Shown here in pieces: positions 1 to 13,330 of a stretch of 64,000 nt of DNA. Where the stretch lies: NCBI GenBank assembly GCA_964016885.1, contig OZ024742.1, positions 249,674,001 through 249,738,000 of the forward strand. Reading direction: 5' to 3'. The translations under genes were made by a program, and so were the position numbers. The DNA is from Eledone cirrhosa (Eukaryota). The number at the start of each line of letters is the position of its first letter. Position 1 is the stretch's first letter. The notes under the pieces are model-generated. The model saw only the letters and a program-made list of their open reading frames with translations, was not told the origin of the DNA and did no database searches.

Positions 1-519
1 ATATATATTATATATATATATGTATATACTTATCTTTTAAATACATCTTTATGCTTGCATGTCTGCTGAAATGCACGGCTGAACAGAGCAGCCATTGTTT
101 TCAACTGCTATATTTCAGGCACATCACCCATTCTCAAGAAGTATTAACACTGGTTATAATAATAAAAAAAACTTTATAATAGTTTTAACATAACTCGTAT
201 GTAATCGGATGGAATGTTATGAGATGGAATACTTAGAATTGAAATATAATTACTGGAAAATATGATTTAATACTTTAAAATATTCGTTTCGATTAATCAT
301 ATACGCTCTGTTGAATATATACAATGTGTTGATGTATATATAAACGGATAAATCGTTAGACAGACAGGTATACATACATAGTTTCGTACATACGTACATA
401 AGATGGATTCAGATATACATGCATGCATGCAGATATACATGCAATCATATACAAACATAGACAGAGACACACAAACTCACCCACACAAACACACGCAAGC
501 ACAAACACACACACACACA

Positions 520-558
<39 letters not shown>

Positions 559-587
559 TACTATATATACTATATATATTATATATA

Positions 588-1510
588 CTAGCAGCAGTAC
601 CCAGCGTTGCCTGGGTAGATAAAATAATATTTGCTTTGATGAAAAGGTGTTGATCTTAGCAACTGCTTCTCGATTACTCATCTATGGTCACACACAGGCC
701 ATGCGGGGGAGGGTGATGAAGACTTCTATCAATGAGAAATGCGGATGACTGACGAAGGGGCATGATGGGGGAGGGAGGTAATGACTTCTAACACTAAGCC
801 AAATTTCCTCAAGTTACTTGAGTGGAAACCGATGAATTCTCAAATACACAAATAAAAGCGCAGTCGACGTCAGTGGCCATCGTTTTGCCTTTGACCATCT
901 ATAAGATGTGCAATGATAGGTTCTATCGTAGTATAAAAGTTGAACCAAATAAATTGATTTATGTGTGAGGTGGAGCCGAAATTTCGAATTTGAACGAATT
1001 CGGTTCAAAAATGGGGGAGCTAATGATAGGTTCTATCATAGTATAAAAGTTGAACCAAATAAATTGATTTGTGTGTCAGGTGGAGACGAAGTTTCGAATT
1101 TGAACGAAATCGGTTGAAAAATGTGGGAGCTAGAGCTGAAAAGGCGGAAATTTGAGCGAAAAGGTGGTATTTTCGAATATTTAAGCGGCTGCCACGTCGT
1201 TCCTTAACAAAAAATCCAAAATGTAAAGGCACTTTAAGACGTGAAATATTCAGATCTAGCGTAGTGTAAAATTTGAACAAAGTAGGCTGATTAATGTGGG
1301 AGCTAGAGCCGAAAATCGATTTTTATCTGCAGAATTACCCTGGAATAAAAAAAACGATACGCTGATATATAGAAAACACTCCCCGATGACGAATCTATGA
1401 GCCTGTTAAGTTTCATGAAAATCGGTCGTAAGATGTAGACCCCTATAGGTAATACACAGACACACAGACACACAGACACACACACATGCTCATGTGTGTG
1501 TTAATATTGG
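588..1510 (-). mobile_element. Non-autonomous Helitron-like element
   Basis: The minus-strand 3' end reads ACCCAG-gcaacg-CTGGGT hairpin, a short spacer, then CTAG|T at 588-591, the canonical Helitron terminus. A (GTCTGTGT)n tract lies near the presumed 5' end (~1455-1485). There is an internal duplication (~912-1021 vs ~1023-1132). The 5' boundary is approximate. Confidence 0.6.
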
Positions 1511-1896
1511 AATATATATATGAATATATGCATGTTAATATATACATATATATACAAATACATACGTAGATGCATACATATATACATGAGGGTTGCCCCT
1601 CGTTATCGAGTATGGCCATTGCACGATATACCATTATTAATAATTATTAATTAATTCTATCGTGCAATGCCTGTGCATAAAGGTATTTTTTAAAGTCAGG
1701 AAAGACAGTGCAATGAGCCAATCCCACTCTCTGGGCGACAGTAGCTATAACCCGAAAAGAAGAAAAGAACATCATCGGTAACTACTGAGCCGCAGGTTTT
1801 ATATCGGAGTACATTCATACTTGCATACATGCACGACAGAACAATATTTGCTCCACCCTCTGACTAAATGTTGAAACCAGCAAATAATAATAGTAA

Positions 1897-2088
1897 TAAT
1901 AATTGTTTCTACTTTAGGCACAAGGCCAGCAATTACCCAGTACATTACTGGTACTTTATTTTATCGACCCCGTAAGGATGAAAGGCAAAGTTAACCTCGG
2001 CGGGATTTGAACTCAGACTGTAAAGGGACGTAACTATGCTAGAAAACATGGCGTTCAACCCTCTACCGATACTGCCAATTCACCGCCC
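1897..2088 (-). mobile_element. tRNA-derived SINE (family S1)
   Basis: The minus strand has an A-box-like TGGCAGTATCGG, a B-box GAGTTCAAATCC and an (ATT)n tail. Near-identical copies occur at 19095, 41926 and 43259. Confidence 0.85.
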
Positions 2089-2111
2089 TAATAATAATAA
2101 TAATAATAATA

Positions 2112-4990
2112 ATGGTTTCTTTATTGCCCACAAGGGCTAGCATGAAGAAAAACATTAGAGACGGCGCAGAACGGTACAGGACGATACAAAGTGGGTTTTG
2201 GTCGTGTAAACAGGTTGTAAAAAGATAGAAGTCCGGATAGAAATAAAAAAAAAATTCAAACAACAAAAATTCCCCAAAAGGGGGATACCTCCGACTGTCA
2301 TGCGTGGCGAAAACCACACAAAGGACCACGGCCACCCTGACCACCAGGGCAAGCGCCCCCTCTTACTTTTCCCACTCTTCAGTCTACAGGCGCATAATCA
2401 GAGCGGGCCCGTTCACTCGGAGCAATCTCGCCACTTTCACCCACCTTTCAACAAACTTACTAGAAGACAGCACTAGCCTCTCCATCCTTATTTTCCTCTT
2501 CAAGTGAAACTTGAAAAAGTTAAACAGGGATTGGCTGGAGAGCAGAGTGTCCGTCTTCAACCCTTTCAACCTTGTCCACCACACAATCGCTTGCGCCATA
2601 GCCACCATTCAGTGGAAAACTGCCTGCCCTTCCTCCTCTTTGAAGGAGGATGGCAGGGCTATCTGGACTTAGTCGATAACAGGATCCGTCCTACACGCGA
2701 CAGCAGCTGTTCGACATAGCTCCACAAGTGAGCAATCCTCGGGCACTGAACGAGTGCGTGCAGGACGGTTTCGTAGCCCTGCACGCGTCTCGGACAGGCT
2801 CGGCTGACAGCATCTCCGTGCCTGTAGAGCTTATCCCAAACAGGTAGCGCTCTCCGGTAGCACTGCCAGGCCAGGGATTTCTGGAAGTTGTCCATAGTCC
2901 CCGGTCAGAAAGTTCTCTTTCAGAGAGCGAACAGCTGATCGTTTTCGACGCCCAGGATCTTCCCCGAGAACGTCGTCGCTCTTTCCCTCCACTAGCCCTC
3001 TATAGAACGCCGAGGTGGATGTTCCAGCGATACTAGTGCCCAGCTGGTAGAGAACGGTGAGCGCTTGGAGACACTCCAGCTTCCAAGCGCTAACTCTCGG
3101 TCTTTTCCTGATCCAGGACTGCAGCTTCGTCAAGGAGACGAGCTGGGGAAAAGCACGCCCGGCAAACGGTGACCACACCAGTTCACCTTCAACGAAGCAC
3201 CAGAGATGTCGCAGCCTCAATAGCCACGGCATGCCTAGTACTCCACACAACGGGTGTTGACAGCAAATGGATCATCTGACCATAGGAGCACGTCCCTTCC
3301 ACAAAAAGCGGAAGAGAAGGCGCTCCATGTTGGTCAGAGTTGGGCGAGAGCAAGGTACGACGATCAGGCGGTAGCAGATGACCGTCGCGGTAGCAGATGA
3401 TGGGCAGTCTACACTATTTCTATCTATTTTCCTAATGAAGATCCTGTCTATATACGATCTTGATGACCCTATGCGGTGGTCCACGTCCACACTGGCGCAT
3501 TAGGGAAATCTAGTCGGTACCTGTCAGACAGTTGGAACTGGCTGATTAGGTGCTTGAGATTTGTGCACAACCCCGCTCCTATCAGCTACTCCCACACAAT
3601 CCCAGCGTGCGTCTAAGATGCCATTCCAGCCCCCGCTAACAGTAAAGGGTGAGACGTACCCTTAAAGGCTTCCGGACGCCTAAAGAAGTCCGGTCGGCCG
3701 GCCCGGGTAGGAGCGTAGTTGGCCAGCAGTCTAAAGGCACCACCTTCACTATTGTTCACTTCCAGGACCACCAACTTACCATCCGGGTACAGTAATATTG
3801 ACCTTACCACGGTATCCAGCCCATTCCGAAACAGTACTGCTACCCCACCTCCCATTCCCGGCCTGCTAACAGATGCGAAGATCTGATAGACTTCGAAAAT
3901 GGGGGATAGTGCGCGTATGTCTGAAATCCTGGTCTCGCTGACGGCAATCACATCCATTTCCAGAGACCTGAGGTCGTTGAGCAGGTCACCCTACTTCCAG
4001 AGTGACCCCCAGGCCACGAGCATTTAAACTTCTTACTCTTAATATGGCCATGTTGAGAAGCTAAAAGAGAGAGGGAAGGTTTACTTACCTCCCGGGGTTT
4101 TGTGATATTCGGGTGGTTCGACCTCCATGGTTGGTGGGGTTTCTTTTGGGAACCCCTTTGAAAGTCTCGATGTGGGTTTCACGGTCGGGGTTCCCACGTC
4201 CTGAGGAAAGATCTCTCGAATTTCTTTGTAGGAATCGAGCGACATTCGCACCAGAAACAAATCTTCTGGCACGCAAAATGTGTTCAATTCAAAGATCTCC
4301 CCCTCTGTTTGAATGGCCTCGCTTCGTACTAAGAGGGCCATCAATTTCGCGTTGGCCCTTCTGACAAGCACGAAGTTTTTAATGTTTTGTTGGTGTGGTA
4401 TTATTTGTGTCCGTTTCGGTGACTGTGGTGCAGGTGATTTTGATGGTGTTGTTTCGCGTATGTCTGTTTGTTGTAGGTGTGGTGTTTGCAATTTCAGGTG
4501 TCTGTATGTTTATTTGTTCTTGTGTTTCTTTAGGTTGTTTGCGTTTAGGGGATTGTGAGGGTGGGGTTGATGTTGATGTTGATGTTGATGTTATTGGGGA
4601 AGTGTTTGCATTGGTGGTGTCTGTCTTCTTTCTTGCGAATGTTTTTGTGTTTGTAGGTGTTTTTTGGTTAGTTTTCGCTTTTGCTTTTTGGCACTTTTTG
4701 GTTTTTCTTCATCTTCACTACTGGAAGACAAAGAGTCTGTGACTGTGAGTGTATCTGTGTTTTTGTGTGCATTTATGGTTTTGTCCATGTGTATAATTTG
4801 AGCGGTAGGGGGAGTGGGAGATATTTCCTCCTTTTCCCCTTGGATTGGTTTCTACAAAGCCACGGCAACTTCTATGTTTCATAAATGGAGCAGTTGTAAT
4901 TTTGCACAATTGATTGATTGAATTCTAATTAAGCATGCGGGTCGATTAGTTCACCATTTCCCCACAAAGTAGCCTTCGTGTGTCACTATA
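2112..4990 (-). mobile_element. Degenerate, internally deleted L1/Tx1-clade LINE
   Basis: APE endonuclease motifs DVIAVSETR, GGGVAVL, YAP and SYIDRIF lie in ORFs 3613-3957 and 3272-3490. C-terminal zf-RVT-like CP...ETVLHALVQCP is in 2659-2895. ORF1-like low-complexity remains occupy 4081-4909. The 3' end has AATAAA plus (ATT)n. The RT core is largely missing. Confidence 0.8.
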
Positions 4991-5025
4991 GCGTAATGAC
5001 ACACTAATTATAGAATAACATATAA

Positions 5026-5058
<33 letters not shown>

Positions 5059-5161
5059 GAGAAGAGAGAGAGAAATACTGCGTGGTTGCACATGGGTTAC
5101 ATATTATAAAATTAGTCTATCGTCAGTGATTTGCCTTTGCCAACCATCATTGGTATTTCAT

Positions 5162-5231
<70 letters not shown>

Positions 5232-5238
<7 letters not shown>

Positions 5239-5344
5239 AAGTTTGTCCTCATCAGTGGCCATCCAACCGTCGTAGGCATTTCGTCATGTGACGAAATGCC
5301 TACGACGGTTGGATGGCCACTGATGAGGACAAACTTTTTCATAT
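5232..5344. repeat. Perfect ~110-bp palindrome beside (TA)n carrying CTGATGA and GAAA motifs
   Basis: The arms are exact reverse complements around ...TTCGTCA-TG-TGACGAA... A diverged copy of the right arm lies on the minus strand at ~5078-5164. Confidence 0.9.
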
Positions 5345-5377
5345 GTAACCCATTTGCAACGCCGCAGCTCCATTATT

Positions 5378-5414
<37 letters not shown>

Positions 5415-5421
<7 letters not shown>

Positions 5422-6460
5422 TACACCAACGTCTCTTCCACTTTACGTGCATATCCGGAGCAGCAACAAAATACCCGGAATAATATCCTTAACACATGAA
5501 TCAGGGAAAGAATCACACACTATACACGGACAAACTGCAACTGCAGAAATCCCAGCAACTGTCCTCTATCGGGTAAATGCTTGTACAAAAATATCATTTA
5601 TCAATGTGTGGTAAAATCTAAATTGGGGATATATAAGTATTTGAGGTCCACTAGATCTATGTCCGTGGTGAAATAAATCTGGGATCTGAAACGCGCTGAT
5701 ATTGAATACACACTACAATGGTCCGTGCTAAAATTTGCCCGTCCATACCAGAATGAAAGACGCCCTTTTGAAATATGTTTGGTGAAGCTAACTGAAATAG
5801 CGACTGGAAAGGATCTCTTAAATTCCCGGCAATACTAGATATTTAGTTGCAAACATAAGTTTCTAAAAACCTTCGCTAAATAGAAACTGGACTAGAACAA
5901 GTTTTGATCCCTAATACTTATATTTTACTACATCCTATTTAGTACACTTCCTGTGGCATTTGAACACCCAATGGAAAAAGTAATATTTAAAACAATCCCA
6001 TTTTCTTAATTCCTTACTTCTTTACCCACTCTAGCCTACGGTTAATCTGTACCCTCTCTTTCTCTGTCTCTCTCTTTATACCTTCTCTACCCTGATATAT
6101 GGTAAACATCAAAACCTTCCCCCTATACCAATGGTCAAGGAATATTTGTTCCACATCAGAGCACACACAATGACAGTGTGAAACTCTTTACACTCACTCC
6201 TTATCCTCTCTACTATCACACTAACTGACTGTATTTCATACTATTTTTATCTTATTTACATTTTCTTAAACAACATTCCCTTTACTGAATTATACCGCAT
6301 AGTAAATAGTTGAATTCCATTAGGCATTCTGATGAAGCGTAATAATTAATTAAGTATTGCATATGATTTAACAATATATATTATAGTCAGCATATGTAGA
6401 CAATTACTAATAGACAGAGAAACATATGTCAAAGCAATTTTTCTTGGTGCAATACTTGCT
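5415..6460 (+). mobile_element. 3' fragment of a Penelope-like element (GIY-YIG remnant plus 3' UTR)
   Basis: Hand translation from ~5532 gives NCNCRNPSNCPLSGKCLYKNIIYQCVVKSKLGIYKYL, and later ...LLNSR...SCKHK. This parallels CNCRVSANCPLNGNCLSMNIVYAC...LLNRKSEIFSSCPH in the 27654 ORF. Confidence 0.8.
6324..6435 (+). ncRNA. Type I hammerhead-like motif with long, decayed stem II
   Basis: gcatt-CTGATGA ... GAAA-CATATG-TC-aaagc. Stem III is the palindrome ACATATGT, with a GUC triplet and an imperfect stem I. Confidence 0.55.
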
Positions 6461-6480
6461 TATACTAATATATATATATA

Positions 6481-7215
6481 TAAGTATGTATGTATACGTA
6501 CATACATATATGTATACAGACGTACAGTAGTATGTTTATATATACATACATGCACACATATATATGCACGTATCGGTTTACCGAACATTTATTATAATGC
6601 TCGGTTTGTTTGTTTGGAAACAAACAGCCCGTGTGCATGTATGTATATATATACATACTACTGTACGTCTGTATACATATATGTATGTAAGTATACATAC
6701 ATACATACTTACATTTAAGTAAGTGCCGTACTAAGAGTGAGAAATGATATTTCGTTTCATTCTATTCCATTTATCGTTTTCGGTGTGCCCGGCTGGCTGA
6801 ACTCATTCGATATGCAAATTAGGCTGCTCAGCCGTTAATATGCATAAGGAAAGTATATACTTTCAGACGTTCAACCATCTGGCAGGAAGGTATACGATGC
6901 TGACGATAGCTAATAAGCTTGAAACTAGTACATCGTTCCTGTGTCAGTGTTTAACAAAAAGTTGACGTGGTTGCCTAAACACTGTACGGCGTAATTCGGG
7001 CTGTTTGTTTGTTTACAAACAAACAAACCGAGCATTATAATAAATGTTCGGTAAACCGATACGTGCATATATATGTGTGCATGTATGTATATATATACAT
7101 ACTACCGTACGTCTGTATACATATATGTATGTACGTATACTTACATACATACTTACATTTAAGTAAGTGCCGTACTAAGAGTGAGAAATGAAATTTCGTT
7201 TCATTCTATTCCATT
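6481..7215 (+). mobile_element. Non-coding ~445-bp HHR-bearing element (family B), partial tandem with an inverted 5' arm
   Basis: 6481-6630 is the reverse complement of part of the unit. The unit starts at ~6632 and restarts at ~7076. Homologues occur at 34923, 37113 and 42414. Confidence 0.85.
6895..6935 (+). ncRNA. Minimal type I hammerhead ribozyme (family B)
   Basis: CGATG-CTGACGA-T-AGCT-aata-AGCT-T-GAAA-CTAG-TA-CATCG. It has a perfect 5-bp stem I, an intact core, palindromic stem III ACTAGT and a GUA triplet. Confidence 0.85.
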
Positions 7216-7299
7216 TATATATTAAAAATGATCGATCGACTTTCGTCAAATCGGACCGAGGAGACAACGCTTTCGTCAGTCTTTCCAGTTGCTAGTACT

Positions 7300-7440
7300 A
7301 TCTATCGGTCGCAACTCTGGGTAGAAGGAGCAACGTGAAATAAAGTGTCTCGCTCAAGGTCATAACGTATCGCCCAGTCCAAGAATCGATCTCATAACCT
7401 CAAGATTGTGAATCCAATTCTCTAACCACCCAGCCATAAG
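7300..7440 (-). mobile_element. Decayed SINE (second tRNA-head family)
   Basis: B-box-like GATCGATTC on the minus strand plus an AAGTGTCTCGCTCAAGG core-like motif. A related head lies at ~62605-62680. Confidence 0.45.
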
Positions 7441-8080
7441 CCTTCATATATTAATATGAGCAAATATTGTACCAATATGCATTTCCAGACAGAAAGTTAT
7501 TTATCACTAATATAGTATATTGCTGGAAATTTCAATGAAAGAAATCAGAGAAGCATTTAAAACATAGTTTAACTGTGGCAGTAATTTTAGAACGTTTCGC
7601 TTGTATCCTCTCCCTAACCGCAGTTTCCGAAATTAAGAAACAATATCAATTATCCCAATAAATTATGATAACTAATATTGGAAGAAATTTCTCCATCAGA
7701 GGGATTCTTTAGAAATCCAAAAATATTCAATACATAGTATACGGACCTTGTTGTTATCAAACAGGTTGGTGCATTGAATAACAAGTGCGTTATTCCAGTA
7801 CCAAATGAATGTGTGTATATCAGGACAAAACGACAGATTTGCTATGAAGCTAAAAATAGCACCCATTATACGCAACTATCAACTCAACAATTAAGAAGTA
7901 GCAAATTTTAGACAGAAAGTTATAATATACTTGGACATATACTAATATACTTGGACATATTAATGAAAAGAATCAGAGAAACATTTAAAATATAGTTAAT
8001 CTAATACGATGTCATCAATTCGGGGGAATACCAGCTAAGCAAACTAGCTCGTATCATCTCTCTAACTGCAGTTTCTGCAG

Positions 8081-8123
<43 letters not shown>

Positions 8124-8311
8124 CAATATCGGAGAAAGCTTTTTAGCGATACTCCGGCCAAATTCCAACTCACTCAATAAACATTAGGAAATAAGTGATT
8201 ATATTCCGAATTATGCGTTCGGGGTGGTAACTAAAAGTATTGCGTGGAAAATTGGCTGTATTATTTCATATGAGACATATCGAATATATCTCTTCCCAGA
8301 CGGACGTCTCG

Positions 8312-8352
<41 letters not shown>

Positions 8353-8376
8353 AGGGCGGGGTGTATGTGTATATAG

Positions 8377-8481
<105 letters not shown>

Positions 8482-8713
8482 TATATATATATATATATAT
8501 ACATATATATATACACACAAACTGTATTATTATAATTAGTATTTTTCAATCTAGCTAACTTAGTCATTTACAATACAAACACTGATATGTTGGTATCTGT
8601 GTTTATCATATATATTAATTTATATTATCTTGTATTACACGGCTCAGAAATACTTCTTTCTTTGAGCTATTTCATTGTAAACGACTGCCTGAGTTTTGAA
8701 CTCTTTATTCATA

Positions 8714-8779
<66 letters not shown>

Positions 8780-8794
8780 ATATATATATATGTG

Positions 8795-8857
<63 letters not shown>

Positions 8858-8906
8858 ATATATATACATATATATATGTATATAAATATCAGTATATATG
8901 TATATT

Positions 8907-8963
<57 letters not shown>

Positions 8964-9314
8964 TTCTATATATGTGGGAGCTATACGCTCGTGTGTGTAT
9001 GTGTGTTTATGCTTGTGTACTTCAGAGAATTTCAAAGTAACTCTCTTGAGGCTGATTTGCTTTACATTTAATTTTTTTTCAATTCCAATTCAGGACATTT
9101 TTCTAACAATTTAAATTTTATAAAGTATAAACTTACAACTAAGGCTTAAGAGATAAACTTAAATGTGATTAATTTTTGAAAGTTTAAAAAAGTATGTCAA
9201 ATCATATTCGTTTTCATGTTTACTCACATATTAGCCCTCCGTCACTTACTCCTCATCCTCATCCTCATCCTCCTACTACTTCTCCTCCTCCTCCGTATTC
9301 TTCTTCTTCTTCTT

Positions 9315-9434
<120 letters not shown>

Positions 9435-9517
9435 GTTGATATTCCTTGAATCTCAGTCATTGATGTTAGTTAACTGGAAAGTCCGTTGGATTGAATATCA
9501 AGCCACTACCTGCAGCC

Positions 9518-11269
9518 TCAGATATTCAGGACGTATCGGAGGGTTCTTGCTGTTCCCAGCAAGCATGCCTTTTGAAGCGTTCCAAAAAGCGTGAAGGGGC
9601 CGATTTTCTTTAACCATCCCTGGAAACTTTTGGTGATAGTCCCCAGTGCGCCTATGACAATCGGGATCACTTTGACTTCATGGAAGTTCCAAATCCTTTT
9701 CACCTCCCACTTTAGGTCCTGGTATCGGTTAATTTTCTCCCTCTCCTTCTCTTGCACTCTCGTGTCGAACGGGCAGGCCACATCCACAATCAGACACGAT
9801 CTTTTTTCTTTGTCCACAACCACCAGGTCAGGTCTATTGTGTTCCACTTTTTTGTCCGTCTGTATCCTAAAATCCCACAGCACCTTCACCTGATTGTTCT
9901 CCATCACCGCCTCTGGCCTATGCTCATACCATTTCTCAGAATGTAGTAGATTGTTTACTTTGCACAGGTGCCAGTGGATCACCCTGCCCATCACATCGTG
10001 TCTCCAGCCCTTATAGTGGGTCTGGGCTAGGTGTTTACACTCGGACACAATGTGAGCCACAGTCTCCTCTCTCTCTCCACAGATCCTGCACAGTGGGCTA
10101 GCCTCCTCCTTGTAGATATGGTGCTTCAACCACTTCGTTTTGAGGGCCTGCTCCTGCGCAGCCATTAGCATTCCTTCTGTAGCCTTTTTGAGGTCTCCTC
10201 TTCTCAACCAGTTCCATGTCTGTGGATCTCTAAATTCAGTTTTCTCAAAGAAGGTACTATGAAGGGGTTTTCCCTTAAGGCTGCTCTTCCTCCTTGATGT
10301 TATTTCCTCCCTGGACATCCCCTGGCCTACTGTCCCCTCCTTCAGTACAGTTCTGAGCATTGGCTCCTTACTATAGGTCACGTATTTGTATAGGTTGTTT
10401 TTCTCCATCTGAACACAGTCCTCTATGCTGATAAGACCTATTCCACCCTCAGATCTCCTTAGGTAGAGTCTATCGACATCACTCCTCTTGTGGAACATGT
10501 TGTAGATAGTCAATAGCTTCCTAGTCTTCCTATCCATTTCTTTCTGTTCAGCAACATTCCATCTCAGAATTCCCGCACTGTACCTAATAATAGACACAGC
10601 TCGGGAATTTACTGCGCTTATGGCATTTCTGCTGTTCAGATGTGACTTCAATACGCTCCTTACTCTCCGAATGTATTCAGTTCTTAACAATTCCTTCATT
10701 TTTTTGTTCTTTATGCCATCAGCCTCCAGAACGCCCAAATACTTGTATCCTTCCTCAGAGTCAATTTCCTTTATCATCTCACCTGTTGGTATCTGGATCC
10801 CGTTACTTCTGCTCAACCTACCCCTCCTCATCACAATGACTCCACATTTACCAATACCAAACTGCATACATATATCACTGCTGAAAATACGGACAGTGTC
10901 AACAAGCACATCCAACTCCTTCTCACTTTTCCCGATGAACTTAAGATCGTCCATGAAGAGGAGGTGATTGATGGTAAGCTCTCCCCTTCCCAACTTGTAT
11001 CCTGCTCTCACTTTTCGCAGCATAATGGTCAAGGGCATCAGGGCTAGGACAAACAACAGAGGGGACAGGCTATCTCCCTGGAAGATACCTCTCTTGATCT
11101 TCACGCTTCCCAAGGATACTCCAGTTGATGTCAACTCTGTCTCCCAGGACCCCATACTCCTGCCTAGCAACTGTCTGATGTTATCTGCCACCCTGAAGAT
11201 TTCCAGGCTTTTGGTGATCCAAGAATGAGGCACCATGTCAAATGCCTTTCTGTAGTCTATCCATCCCAT
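9518..11269 (-). pseudogene. RT C-terminal half plus RLE endonuclease of the Dong/R4-like element
   Basis: The 583-aa ORF has RT motifs from IDYRKAFD onward, a CCHC finger and PD-(D/E)xK-type residues. Confidence 0.9.
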
Positions 11270-11276
11270 GGCAAGA

Positions 11277-12650
11277 TCAGTGTGTCTCCTCCTGCAATTT
11301 CCCCATTACCATCTTATCAATAAGCAACTGGTCCTTTGTACCACGTGACTTCTTTCGGCATCCTTTCTGTTCGTCCGGTAACAAGTTGTTTGTGTGGAGG
11401 TGATGGTAGATTTCCTCAGACACAATGCTCGTCAACAGTTTCCACATTACGGACAGACATGTGATAGGTCTATAGTTGGTAACATCATTACCCTTGATTC
11501 GGTCTTTCATTATCAGAACTGTGGTACCTTTTGTCAACCACTCTGGCACCTCACCCGACACCAAGCAGTCATTGAACATGGCCGTCAGCTTCGGGTGGAG
11601 GGATGTTAAATGTTTAATCCAATACCCCTGCACACCATCTGGGCCCGGTGATTTCCAGTTGGTTAGTTTTTTGGCCTGCCCCTTAAGAGTTTCAACTGTG
11701 ATACTCAAATCAGTTTGTTGTTGTGCCTGCTCACCGATCTCCCTCTGTACTGTCTCAATCCACCCTGCCTGGACATTATGTCTAACATCCTGCTCCCATA
11801 TTCCTCTCCAGAATGTTTTAGTTTGCTCCGCCCCAGGGATCAAGTCGTTGCCTCTTTCTTTCCCCTCAAGCTGTCCAAACAGCATCTTCTGGTTGTTGTC
11901 GAACATGCGGTTCTGTTTATACTGACTGACTCTGTTCTCGTATCGCCTGATTTTTGCACTCTTTGCTACAATGCGTTGCTTCAGTTCCTCTATGATAATA
12001 TTTAGCTTTTTCCTCCTAGTTTTGTATTTTATTTCCAGTCTATTTTTAGTGCCTATGTTTTTTAGTGTCCCATTCAGTAGTGACTCAAGCTTTCCTATGT
12101 CATTTCTCATTTCCCCGATTTGCCCACTCAGTCGCTTCTTCCACCACGGCTCTGCTCTTTCTTGTCTGTTGTTTCCTCTCGCTTTTATACCAAGTAGTTT
12201 CCTCACCGTATTTGCTGTTGCTTTGAGGATATTGTTGCACTGGTGAAGGCTCCTCGCCTCAAGGTATGGGATGACTTTGTTTACCTTAGCTGTTGTTTCT
12301 TTTAACTTTTTCCTGTCTACAAATCTTAGGTTCATAGGTCTCCCACTATCATTGTTCAATTCATCTACCACTAAATTTAGGATGTCAACCGAATCTTGTC
12401 CTAGCCCGTCAGCATTCATCTCCTCAGTGGCCGTATCTCTGTTCCAGGTATTATTTATCTCAGTATTCAGATCATTGTCTGCTTCGGGTGGTTCCTCCGT
12501 TCTCAGGACCTCTTCACCTTCATTTCCCACTGGCTCGCTTGTCTGGCATACTACACCCGCCATCTCCAAGCCATTCTCTCTGCTCAGTTCCTCCAGTTCC
12601 AGCTCGCTTATCCACCCATTAGTTCTTATTACCCTAGCCTGCCCGGCCAA
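11277..12650 (-). pseudogene. N-terminal region and start of RT of the Dong/R4-like element
   Basis: 457-aa ORF with PWWKKRL, KSPGPDG and YRPITCL, continuous with 9518-11269 across a frameshift. Confidence 0.88.
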
Positions 12651-12671
12651 TTATTATTATTATTATTATTA

Positions 12672-12710
<39 letters not shown>

Positions 12711-12712
<2 letters not shown>

Positions 12713-12968
12713 GTTCTTTGAGTCTCATTGTTGTTAGTTAACTGGAAAGTTTGTTGAAATGAATATCAAGCCACTACCTGCAGCCTCAGATATTCAGGAC
12801 GTATCGGAGGGTTCTTGCTGTTCCCAGCAAGCATGCCTTTTGAAGCGTTCCAAAAAGCGTGTGGGGGGGGGGCAATTTTCTTTAACCATCCCTGTAAACT
12901 TTTTGAGATAGTCCCTAGTGCGCCTATGACAATCGGGACCACTTTGACTTCATGGCAGTTCCAAATTC
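12711..12968 (-). mobile_element. Short 3'-end copy of the same Dong-like family
   Basis: Matches 9435-9697. It is bounded by (TAA)n at its 3' end and (GAA)n at its 5' end. Confidence 0.9.
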
Positions 12969-12972
12969 TTCT

Positions 12973-13019
<47 letters not shown>

Positions 13020-13029
13020 TTCTTCACCG

Positions 13030-13330
13030 ACTTATTCATGAGAGAGTCTTACGCGGGGTGTACTCATGTCAGCTGGTTTTGCCCATTAAATCTGTACAGC
13101 GATTCTTTCCTTTGACATTCTGACCGCATGTTCGTAATAATGGACTTCCATCTTTCAATTCAGAGAAGGAGAGACTATTCATGGAAGAAATCCCTAATCT
13201 CCTAGTAGCGTTACCCAAAGACCCTTCGGGGGATTCCATTTTCGGCCGGTTGTATTTGCGATTGCATGCCTTCGGTCATTACCCAAGACTTATAAACATA
13301 GCCCTGACTCAGAAAATGTATGATCAGCGC
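13030..13330 (-). mobile_element. RTE-clade LINE 3' fragment
   Basis: The minus strand translates to ..SWVMTEGMQSQIQPAE.., resembling the ESWVMTE...QAAEM motif C-terminal to RTE RTs. Confidence 0.5.

Larger units (their letters stand above)
9435..12650 (-). mobile_element. R4/Dong-like non-LTR retrotransposon (RT plus restriction-like endonuclease), 5'-truncated, one frameshift
   Basis: NWKSPGPDG, NYRPITCL, EQKGCR, WIDYRKAFDMVPH, GIFQGDSLSPLLF and LFMDD, then CRIC...H...C, RHD and RPD...DVA. Frameshift at ~11280. Both ends abut (TAA)n. Confidence 0.93.

Noticed and set aside
1990-2088. tRNA gene at the A/B boxes
   Set aside because: There is no cloverleaf; it is a dispersed SINE head.
7480-8085. 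Direct repeat and a possible GIY-YIG remnant (..CVYI..; ..KIREAF..)
   Set aside because: Too decayed to call by eye.
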